64,000 nucleotides of DNA from Corallochytrium limacisporum Hawaii (taxonomy: Eukaryota; Protista; Pluriformea), in assembly GCA_002811645.1 (NCBI GenBank), contig PDIP01000067.1, positions 54,550 through 118,549 of the forward strand. Reading direction: 5' to 3'. This document shows, one piece after another, positions 10,269 through 20,252 of this stretch (the stretch's first letter is position 1; the number at the start of each line of letters is the position of its first letter). The notes under the pieces were generated by a model that saw nothing but the letters and a program-made list of their open reading frames with translations, was not told where the DNA came from and did not search any database. A program made the position numbers and the translations under genes.

Positions 10269-12242
10269 ATGAATGATTCGTTCTTTAGAGTGGCCCGTAG
10301 CGGCGGGTCAAAGCGGCTGGCCAAGACTTCGCAGTCAAAGGGGGGCGGCCGCGGAAGATCCAAAACGAGCGGTAACATAAGTAAACCCAGGCGTTATGAA
10401 AACGAGACCGACAATGTTTCAGATGACTACGTAGATGATGAGGATGACGATCTGGGGGTAACCTTTGACAGTGACGACGAAGAAAGGAGAAAACGGGATC
10501 GGGCCGACGGCTCTGAATACGACGATGACACCGAAGATGAGAAGGAGACAGCGCAAGAGAAACGTATTCGGCTGGCCAAAAGCTACCTTTCCAAGCTCGC
10601 TGCTGATAAAGATGAATACGGAGAGGACCGGGACGTCGACGCGGAAGTGGCTATCACCCGACGCCTAGCAGATGACGCCCTTGACCGTAAAGGCCGGCTT
10701 GTGCGGTCAGTTGCTGGAGAACTGGAACCACTGTTCACGGATCCCAAAGACGAGAACGATGTTCTAACACTTGACATTGCACGCTTTACTCGAGGTCATC
10801 ACCGCAGTCCGACGTGCATCGCCGTGGACGCAAACGGGACTGTGGCCTTCACAGGGGGTAAAGACGCAGCGATAGTGCGCTGGGAGCTCAAGGATGGCAT
10901 GCCATGTCGCACACACTTTGTTGAGGGAAAACCGAGTGCAACGCAGCTCAAGAAACGGCAACTCAAGCGTGAACGCGCGCTACAAGCGCAGCTAGCAAGG
11001 CGCATTAAGTCTGAGGGTCTGTTGCCTGATCAGGAGCAAGCAGAAACGATGAAGCGGAACAAGGCCGTGGAGAGTCGCAAGGTCGATAGAGACACCAAGC
11101 CCGCGGACAGAACTAGTAGTGGCCATGCAGGCGCCGTATTTGCAATCGCTGTTCACGGTTCTGGCATGTCCGACCGAGGCATTGTAGCCAGCGGCGGCGC
11201 AGATGCGATTATCCGTCTGTGGCGTGCCACAGACTTATTCCCGCTGGGTACTCTAGATGGGCATCGTGGTGCAATCACAAGTCTTACTTTCCGCCTCGAC
11301 TCTGCCGCCGACCCTCAAGGCACACTGTATTCCACATCGAGGGACAAGCTTTGCAAAGTCTGGTCTGCTGTGGACCAGAGCTATATCGAAACTCTCTTTG
11401 GGCATCAGGAGCCTGCGCAGTGGGTCGCCGCGCACCCCCACCGTGAGCAATGCCTCACTGCAGGCGGTCAGGAGCGCTGCTTGCGGCTTTGGAAAATCCC
11501 AGAGGAGAGCCACTTAGTGTTTTTGCTAACGAATGTGGGGGCAGAGTGCTGTTGTTTTGTGGGCAACGGGGACCATTTCGTGAGCGGTGGTGATGACGGG
11601 AGCATCAGTCTGTGGAATGTGTCACGCAAGAAGCCTTTGGTTACAGTGCGACCCGCACACCACGACCAAGAACAAGGACGAAACGATCGTGAAGATAGTG
11701 AAGACACTGACGAGGGAGATCACTCGAATACAGTGGACATGGAGGACAACGACGGCGACGATGATGAGCAAGAGAGTGTTGCCAACTCGAAGGCTACTCA
11801 GGACCTCCGCCTCAACGGAGCCATTATTGGCCACCAGTCTGCCAACCTGGATTATTCCGCCGCCGATCCGCGAGACCCGCGTCTGAGCTCATTACTCAGT
11901 AGCAGTTCCTATGCTGCAGCAAATGCCGATCGTGAGCTGCATGGGACCATGCCGTGGGTCACTGCGCTGGCCGCAGTACCGAAGAGCGATCTTGTCGCGT
12001 CCGGTTCAAGCGACGGTTTGGTCAAGCTCTGGCGCGTGGACACTGAGGGCCGATCGTTGGATGAGATAGGTTGCATTGCCGTCAATGGCTTCATCAACGG
12101 CCTTGCCTGGAGCAGCACGATGCCCCCGCGCCTAGTCGCGAGCGTGAGTCAGGAGCATCGATTTGGTCGCTGGGAGAATTTGAGAAAAGTAAGGAACGGA
12201 ATGGTCATGGTGGATTTCAAAGACCTTTTGAAAGGCAAGTGA
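10269..12242 (+). CDS. RRP9: U3 snoRNP WD40 protein U3-55K/Rrp9
   Basis: ETAQEKRIRLAKSYL, WD40 repeats, SYIETLFGHQ, RLWKIPEESHLVF, QEHRFGRW. Confidence 0.93.
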   Translation: MNDSFFRVARSGGSKRLAKTSQSKGGGRGRSKTSGNISKPRRYENETDNVSDDYVDDEDDDLGVTFDSDDEERRKRDRADGSEYDDDTEDEKETAQEKRIRLAKSYLSKLAADKDEYGEDRDVDAEVAITRRLADDALDRKGRLVRSVAGELEPLFTDPKDENDVLTLDIARFTRGHHRSPTCIAVDANGTVAFTGGKDAAIVRWELKDGMPCRTHFVEGKPSATQLKKRQLKRERALQAQLARRIKSEGLLPDQEQAETMKRNKAVESRKVDRDTKPADRTSSGHAGAVFAIAVHGSGMSDRGIVASGGADAIIRLWRATDLFPLGTLDGHRGAITSLTFRLDSAADPQGTLYSTSRDKLCKVWSAVDQSYIETLFGHQEPAQWVAAHPHREQCLTAGGQERCLRLWKIPEESHLVFLLTNVGAECCCFVGNGDHFVSGGDDGSISLWNVSRKKPLVTVRPAHHDQEQGRNDREDSEDTDEGDHSNTVDMEDNDGDDDEQESVANSKATQDLRLNGAIIGHQSANLDYSAADPRDPRLSSLLSSSSYAAANADRELHGTMPWVTALAAVPKSDLVASGSSDGLVKLWRVDTEGRSLDEIGCIAVNGFINGLAWSSTMPPRLVASVSQEHRFGRWENLRKVRNGMVMVDFKDLLKGK

Positions 12243-12622
12243 AACTGCCCCTCAGGATTCCAAGCATTGCGCCCAGTGTACCCACCAAACCCTGAGTATC
12301 AGTTATCAAGCAGACAAAGGACGGAAGCCAGCGAGTGGGGTATTGACTATTATAGTATTATTGTTGATTCCTAGTATCATTATTGTAATCCTTTTCGGAG
12401 AGAAGGAAATGCGGCTTAAGTGCATGATCTCATTCGGAACAAGATATCACCTGGAATGTGTCCCAGTGGTCGCAGCTCTTTACTTGTTCTGCTCAATCGC
12501 AATACAACGGTTGCTGTCTAACCTCGCATTGATTTCATCGTCTCTCGCACCGTGGCTCATTATAGTCCTCAGTCTCTCCACGTTTCGTGTCCTGTTGAGG
12601 CCCCTCTTTCTCCTAACCCGAG

Positions 12623-13192
12623 CTAACCCGAGTACATGTGTCCTCCAGAACCGATCATGTCACGCAAATAGCGCAGCTCCGTATCCTGACCTTCTGCCAT
12701 GGCCATCATTATGTCACGGATGGACAGAATATTAATAATGTCGGTCTTGTTCGCGACGGGCAAGTGACGCAGGTTCTGGCGGGACATCAGATTCATGCAC
12801 TCCGCTGCGCTTTGATTCTCATCCACGGCGATAATGTCTTTAGTAGTGATGGACTCCAGCAGCTCGGACTTTGGGTCCTTGGAAGCCACCACCAGTCGAG
12901 TCAGGAAATCGCGCTCGGTAACAATTCCCAGGATCTTGCCGGACTTGGTAACAATAGCACTGCCGACGGACTTCTCGGTCATAGCCTTGGCAGCATCCAT
13001 GGCACTAATCGTGCATTCGAGCTTGAGCAAGGGAGTGTCGGAGCTCTTCTTGCGCAGAATGTCCTTCACTCTGAGATCCTTACCAGCCTCCATGGCATCT
13101 GCACCGTACCAGCGTAGGGTTTGGACGGTCCCGACCTTCGACCAGGTAGTCCATGCAGGGACAACACGGCGACTCAACTGGTGTAAGAGCAT
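12623..13192 (-). CDS. Tandem CBS-domain protein, probably mitochondrial (CBSX3-like)
   Basis: Presequence MLLHQLSRRVVPAW...LRWYG; GIVTERDF, ECMNLMSRQNLRHLPV, ILSIRDI. Confidence 0.85.
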   Translation of the reverse strand: MLLHQLSRRVVPAWTTWSKVGTVQTLRWYGADAMEAGKDLRVKDILRKKSSDTPLLKLECTISAMDAAKAMTEKSVGSAIVTKSGKILGIVTERDFLTRLVVASKDPKSELLESITTKDIIAVDENQSAAECMNLMSRQNLRHLPVANKTDIINILSIRDIMMAMAEGQDTELRYLRDMIGSGGHMYSG

Positions 13193-15325
13193 GATGGTGG
13201 CCTCTATAAATGTATAGGTGTACAAACTGTTTAGGTCGCTGTGTGTGGTTTCTGTTTCCTAAAAATGCCTTTGAACTACAGGTAACAACACGCCAGAGTG
13301 GGAGGGCAGAAGCATGTTTACGATCACAACAGATTCGAATGGAAATCAACGGGTGGAGCCCTTGACGTACCTTTCATTGCGCTGTGTGACTCATTCCGCG
13401 CTCATGCTTAGCCCGAGAGTGCGCAGTCCGCAGGAAGCAGTGTCAATATTTCGTTGAACTGTTTTGCTTCAAATCCGGTGCATCGGATCAGCCACTGCAG
13501 TCAACTGGCTGCGGGTTGAACCAGCAGGGAGGCCCATTGCGCAAAAATCCTTCAGGATTGATGTGCACAGCGGACCATACAGTGATCTGAAGACAAACAA
13601 ACCATAGTCACCAACTGCGCTACGCACCACAAACAGATCCCATCTCGTCCACCCGATCACTAATCCCGTCAACCCTCCCCCACACACAATACACTCGTAT
13701 TTGCTCCGCTGTACTATCTACGCATTCTTTCATTCTTGCTTCTTCTTCGTCTCTTCAGAATATGAAACAGGACACCCAAACCGTTCCCAGCTCGGAAGTG
13801 TATGTAGCACCAAGGACCTCATACATGCAGACAAAGTCTGGCTACTGCCTGTGTCTCCTCAGTCTCAGTAACATTTACCGAGCACAACTGTCATCTCCGT
13901 GTTTTGCTCTCTTTACCGCAACATCACATCATTCCCTGAACGGCTTTGCGGTATAGAAGGAAACAAAATTGGCACTCTAACAATCCAGGCGCCGGTCACC
14001 GGAGCGAAACACAGTGGTGCGAGAGTCTGTCTCGCCCCCTGGGGATGCCACAGTGATGTCACTTTCGATGTTGACTGCGTTGGCCCCAAGGAAAAGTCAT
14101 TTCAGCTCCAGTTCGTACCCGGCGAATGGTGCCCCGAATCCCATTCTCAAGTTGGGGAGTTGCTCACAAAGGATTGTTACACATCATCAATCGCCGGTCC
14201 TTCCTCGCCTTTCATGCAGCATGCACATGCGCATGCTCATCATGAATCTTCTTGCATCTTGCATTGCTCTCTTGGCTACTTTCACTTTTGCATTATCATG
14301 TCAGACAGGGCCAGCCAAGTGGTGGCGGTTGGGCGGTGAAAGACCCCTGAGAACGCTGGGCTTTACGCGACTGCTCTCCTTCCGTTCGCACTCTTGGCGG
14401 GTGCAAAATCTGCAAAGCACCAAAACGTAAACTCCAAGGGAAATGGGTGGCCAGAAGACCCGTGGATCGCAACCAAATCTTTGTTTCTCTCTACGTCTGC
14501 GGCTCGGAAAAATGTTTCGTCTTTAGTTTTTGTTTATGCTTTCTGTTTTTTTTTGGGGGGGGGGGTATGGGCTTTGGTCCTTTCCTCTCTTTTTTTTTTC
14601 TTTTTGTTTTTGCTTTTGCTTTCCCTAAACTCGCACCGGACTTCCGAAGCCAATGGCATGCTTGTGCACGTCATGAGTTGGGAGCATGTCACCCTTTGCT
14701 CCCAGTGCCGCTCAGTCAATGTCAATCGAATGGATCACATGCACAGAGGCTGTCGTTTCCTACAGTTTCCGAGGCAGCGGGACCGGTGGTACGTACAGTC
14801 TAGAATATCAAAGGTATGGCGGAGATAAGGGGCCAAATGCCGCAGTCACTTTGCAGCCTGCCAGCCAGTCCAGAGCAGCAGCACTCGGCGGTCTCTTTCG
14901 TTTTGGTAGTATTGGGGCACTGGCCAATACCAACCTCCACATTCTGCACAATACGTGAAGTGGACTCTCAGTTTCAACTTGCTGCCGGCTGCCATTGACT
15001 CTCTGTCCCGTATGCACCACCGTTGACCGAGCAGCCAGACAAATGTCCATACCAACTTTGGGTACTCCACAGAAAGCACAAGGCATAGTGCCACAGTCCC
15101 CCTTACCCTCGTCAGTGTTGAATCCGCACCATCGGACACCAACTCCTGTTTCGCAGAGCAATAATGCTGACGGAATCCAGTCCTATTTTTTTTTATTGCA
15201 AGGGTTTTTCATCGCGCGAGACAGGTTGTTTATCCGCGTGCAGGCTCCGGGGCACTCACACTGGGTCGCCCCGAATTGCTCCTGCGCCCACCCCCCGGCG
15301 CCCCGGGGGGGGGGGGGGCGGGGGG

Positions 15326-15371
15326 NNNNNNNNNNNNNNNNNNNNNNNNNNNNNNNNNNNNNNNNNNNNNN
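15326..15371. other. Assembly gap (N run); other gaps at 33741-33975, 38968-39131 and 56006-56082
   Basis: N characters; each gap starts directly after a G- or C-rich tract. Confidence 0.99.
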
Positions 15372-15772
15372 GGGGGCCACCCGCTGCGGTTCTTGGAAGA
15401 CTGAAATAAAAACGCGAAGCGCGAGGGTGAAGCAAAGGGCGGATAGGTAAGGTGGAGGCGGGGGAGGGGTACTCGATCAATGAAATATATTCTGAATCAC
15501 CCATGGGCAAGGGAAGGGTGGTACCCATAGTTCAAGCATGTGAAGGGGTGTCGCGCCGGGTCTAGATCTCTCAGAGAGCTTGATCGCGGCCAGGGGAAGA
15601 AGGACACACATGGCAGTTATGATATGGTTGTGAAACTATGCTTATCTTTCCTTTGCAATACTATAGTACAAAATCCCTCGTTCTGTATGGTTGAATGTCA
15701 GATGCTGAATGATGGTGATGTGGATGATACCAAACTAAGTGCCTTTTGGGAGAGCTTCCAGGTACGACACAT

Positions 15773-16687
15773 CTAGTCACGCGGGAAGATGTACGTTTTC
15801 ATGAACTCGTATACTGTAAAGCTCACACTCACCTGCGGCACGGCCTTGATGTAGTTCAAACTTAGTCCGCGGTAGAGCGCTAGGAACCCTTCCTGTCGCC
15901 AAACTAGTCCAATGGACCGCACCGTACCTTCGTAATGCGATTTGACCGACCCTTCCATGCCCTCCACCTGCATTCTGCGTCGCACCACATCAAAGGGATA
16001 GCTGCCTGTCTGTGCGACCAGACCTGCTACCGATCCGCTCATCATGTTCATGATTGCTGTGGTACCATGGCCTGCATTCTGGTTCCATTCCCGTGACTTG
16101 GCTTTCAGCACCTCAAAAGTAAAGAAACTCAGTCCTGCGTACGGAATCATACCCCAAATTGTAGGCAGGAAGCCACGGTACAGTCCCCCAATACCTTCGT
16201 TGCGCACAGTCTGGACAATCACATCACTGATGCCCGAGTACTGTTTGACTTTAGTCTGAAACGCCAGCCGGGCCCGAACCACGTCAAGCGGATACGTCGT
16301 GCTGACCGAAGTGATTCCAGCCATAGAACCCGCCAAGAAATTGTGATATGATCCGGTCAGACCGAGTTCATAGTGTAGTAAGTGCTTGTACGTCTCAAAG
16401 CTCAGAAACTGGACGCCAGCATAGGGAAATATACGCACAATCTGTGCTCCGTTACCCTTGTAGTAACCCATCAGCCCTTCATATTTCATTACTTTCATGA
16501 ACGCACGCGGCAGGCTCAGATCTGCATAGTGGGCATTGTGTGCCTGCAATAGAATCTTCACTCTGTCCATGGGTGCAACTACGGTTTTGGCGCAGCACCC
16601 AGCGACACCGCCGTTGACCAGTGTCTTGGCCACGTCCGTGGCATTACGAGCGAGGCTGCTCTTTGTTCCACTGTCGGACATGCTCAT
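15773..16687 (-). CDS. SLC25A16: Mitochondrial carrier, CoA-transporter subfamily (SLC25A16/SLC25A42/Leu5-like)
   Basis: Three PxDxxK/R motifs (APMDRVK, YPLDVVR, YPFDVVR); GGVAGCCAKT, KILLQAHN, RIFPY, GMIPYAG. Confidence 0.88.
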   Translation of the reverse strand: MSMSDSGTKSSLARNATDVAKTLVNGGVAGCCAKTVVAPMDRVKILLQAHNAHYADLSLPRAFMKVMKYEGLMGYYKGNGAQIVRIFPYAGVQFLSFETYKHLLHYELGLTGSYHNFLAGSMAGITSVSTTYPLDVVRARLAFQTKVKQYSGISDVIVQTVRNEGIGGLYRGFLPTIWGMIPYAGLSFFTFEVLKAKSREWNQNAGHGTTAIMNMMSGSVAGLVAQTGSYPFDVVRRRMQVEGMEGSVKSHYEGTVRSIGLVWRQEGFLALYRGLSLNYIKAVPQVSVSFTVYEFMKTYIFPRD

Positions 16688-17181
16688 CTTGTGTTCTATC
16701 GTCTTGCCAAGCTGGATCTACATATATTTGCTTGGTCTAACTTTCTTGCTGCTTTCGTCACATGATTACCTTTGTATCGTCCCGACGAGAACACACAAGT
16801 ATCTTTTCTAATTTACAACTTGTGCAACATTGACACTCGTGGTGCGCCAATACTATTCTGCCTACCCCAAACTATTAACCGTACTATGTTTGAAATACCG
16901 CTCGGTCTATAGATCGAAGGTAATTAGCAGACAAGGCTGTATACGCACAATCTGGACTCAACATCTTATGGTTCCGTGCCAAACTGTCAGCGACTATAAA
17001 GCCATCCAAAGTCCCTTGTTCACACACTTCCCATCTCTTCCACCAAACTAGGAAAGATGGGAGCGGACGATTCGGGTAAGTCGCCTCAGTGACCGGGCCG
17101 AGGGCCGGGGGCTCCACGCAGCTCGCGTAGCCCAAAAGGGAGAGTCTCCATCTGCACAATGTCCTCCCATCTCGTTTCCAG

Positions 17182-17185
<4 letters not shown>

Positions 17186-17259
<74 letters not shown>

Positions 17260-17260
17260 C
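17186..17260. repeat. (CA)n microsatellite, about 33 perfect units plus a degenerate tail
   Basis: Seen directly in the sequence. Confidence 0.98.
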
Positions 17261-18336
17261 ATATACGCACTCACTGTCACTCGCAGTATCTCTCTCTCTC
17301 TGTCTCTCACGGAGGCGCCGCAACCCGCTGAACGGGCCCATAATTAGAACGCACTGGCCTCGGTAGTGGGAAAGCCGGAGAAAAAGAGAGGAGGGCTTCC
17401 ACCCGCTCCGGTGGTGGGGCTCTCCAGACCCCCAAACGGAGAATAGAATCTTTCACCCGCCCGCCCAGTTCCAGACCGACCCACTGAAGCCCTCCCTCGT
17501 CCACGCCGCACGCTTGTGCCAGCGCCCGACCGCATCGCATCCCCCAGGCGGGTGGAAGAAGCGAGGGATGGAGGAGAGGAAGGAAAAAGGGGGGGGTGTG
17601 GAGCTGTCTAAGGGAAGTGTGGAAGTTGTGAAGGTTTTGACACCCGCACACTATAAATTAGGCCCCCAATGAAGCCGGGGGGATTTCGGCCAATGGGAGT
17701 CCATTTTGTCTCTTTCATTTTTATTTCACTTTTTGCCTCCAATCTTGCCGCCATTGTTTACGTCCCTTCCTGTGAACAGTTCGGTATGAGGGACAGGTCG
17801 CCAGCGAGATCGGGCCACAGACCGTTCAGAAACGATAGTGACACCGACCCAAGACGAGGGCGTAGTTACTGGGAATTGAGGCTCACTCGCAGTCTCTTTT
17901 GGATGATGATTGGATGGCAGATGCCTCAGCGTAACTATTCATTCTCCGAATTTCCAACCTTCCGTCCTCGTTCTTTCGCGCATCTTTCCGTGCCTCCGAG
18001 ATTTTGACACACCCGCCGTAGTGTAATACACCCGCGCACACAGTCTGTTCACCAAATACACAGCCGCAAAGCAAGGGGGACTCTCCGTGCGCAGTTTTCC
18101 AGGGAAGATGAATGTGGGTCCGGGCTAGTATGTCCGGACAAACCTGGGGTACTTGGATGTGACCACTGTCTATCGGTTACAATGTGAGTGGTACAAGTGA
18201 TGTGCCCCTTGAAGGAGATTCGTAGCGCTATCATACAATCGTTGTACTGTCATATTTTCTGTTTTCAGCAGCAATTTCGACATGGTCTAGTCAGTGTGAG
18301 ACGCAAGTGTTGAGAACAAATAGCACACACAAGAAG

Positions 18337-20040
18337 ATGTCTACTCCTCGTGCCAATATGAAAAACCCAGAGACGATTCTTAATGCTTCTGAGTGGGGCC
18401 GAGAAGAGACCAATGAGGACGACACAATCAGCGGTTCCGCCACTCCGGCAAAACTCTCTGCGAAAATGCAAGCAAAGCTGCGAGACAGCGTCAATCGCTA
18501 CAATGGAGCCCAAGGTTCTAGGTCGGCAGGAGTAGCAAACAACAGTCCAAGCCCACAGTACAAGTCAGTATCCGACCTGGCGTCAGAGTCACACAGCGAG
18601 ACACGGATGTCTCTACAAAACATCTTCGCGGCAACAGTCGAGGACAACCGTCAGCGGGAGGGTATGCTCAAGACCGCAATTGAGCGCGGATACCAACTAG
18701 CTCTCTTGGGTTTGGTCTTTGCTCTGGTGTATGGTAATTTTCTCATGCTCCTAGACTTTGTGAATCCGGTGTTGCTAGCCTTTTTTGTAGCAACAGCACT
18801 CCGGACTCTGAATCTGACCTTGCGGGATGTCTGCTTTTGGGTACGCTCTTGACATTTGAGCGGAATGAGGGGCTACACTCTGCTCGCAATTACTAGTGTG
18901 ATCACAGCAGGGGCACTAACGGTTGAAAAGACAGCAATTCCTCAGTGGTTCCCGCTGTCTGAGGCAATTCTGGCTCTGCTGACTGCGGATCTCGCCCTTG
19001 TTTGTCTCCTTTTCCTCGACGATGCCAACGCGAGCGCCAGCTTTGTAACGCTGGGGCTGATTGTTGCTGTGGCGGGTCCGGTAAGTTTTGTGGCCCTGAC
19101 CTGTAAGGACGAGGCGATCGAACTACAGCACCATGTCCAGCAAATCACCTCCAAGGCGTCCTCTGACGTCGGTGCGCTGATCGGTACTGTGCGGTCCACG
19201 CGCCAGTATGAGCGATTCATGGAGGCAGTGGAACCGCTGGGACTGGTCACGGACGCGGATGTCGTGGAATTCGCTGCCAACAAGGCTGAATTGCAACGCA
19301 TGCTCAACGAGGCGGGTACGGCGGTGTCGGAGCGTGCCTTGACCTTCTTTGGTTCGGCAGTGAGCTTTTTGGGATCATTGGGATCCTTGCTCGGTGATTC
19401 GCTCGTCTTCTTGTCAGTGCTCTACTATCTCCTTGCCTATCAGCAAGCACTGGAGCGGGAACTAGAGCGATTGGTACCTATTCCCATCAAGGATGCACGC
19501 ATGATTGGGCGTACAGTGCATCGGAATGTGCGGGAAATGTTTGCGTCTGTTGGGCTCGTTATCGGATTGCACTTCACGGTGAGCTACGGACTGTTCTCGG
19601 TGACGGGTATGATCGCGCCTATGCTGCTGGCCACTCTATGCGGGGTGCTGGCCCTGATTCCAGTCATCAGTTCGTGGATCATTTGGGTGCCGGCCGTGCT
19701 GCTGCACTATGCTGTCACCGGACGGACTCTGGACGCTGTCATTATTGTCGTCGGTGAGCTGGTGGTTGGGTATGTCGCTTCGTACAGCTTCCTTTTGATG
19801 AAAGAATCACATTACTACGTTGTGGGGATGTCGCTGGTGGCTGGATTCGGACGATACGGCTCAATTGGTGTGTTATTGGGACCTGCTCTATGCACGGGTT
19901 TGATGATTCTACGCAACATTGTGCTAGCATACAGACGCACAGAGTTCACGCCGCGCAGGGGATTTAGTGGACCAATTAATCCTGCCACTGCGTCTCCTCA
20001 TCACCACCACGATAGTCACGGTCATAGTGACAAGAAATAG
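18337..20040 (+). CDS. AI-2E/TMEM245-family multi-pass membrane protein, interrupted by an in-frame TGA at 18850-18852
   Basis: Two same-frame ORFs (18307-18852 and 18856-20040). N-terminal TM pair with FVNPVLLAFFVATAL; C-terminal FLSVLYYLL, LALIPVISSWIIWVPA, GSIGVLLGP typical of AI-2E/TMEM245. Confidence 0.75.
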
Positions 20041-20252
20041 ATATTCCTTTGTTTTGTGTAAAATAATAGGAAAATTTGTCATTTTGTGTACCACCGTAAT
20101 GAAAAGTGTTCTGCTGTGAGTTGACAAATGGTATGAAGATGGTGAGAGAACGGAAATGCTTTGGTGGTGGAGGTGCTTCCCTCAAGGAACGCCAGCATCC
20201 TTTACGCGATCAATTTCTCCAAAATCAAATTGTCACTTTAAACTTTCATGAA

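Noticed and set aside
20041-20250. SECIS element that would make the 18850 TGA a selenocysteine
   Set aside because: ATGA...AA...GA words exist but the intervening helix does not pair, and this family is not a known selenoprotein.
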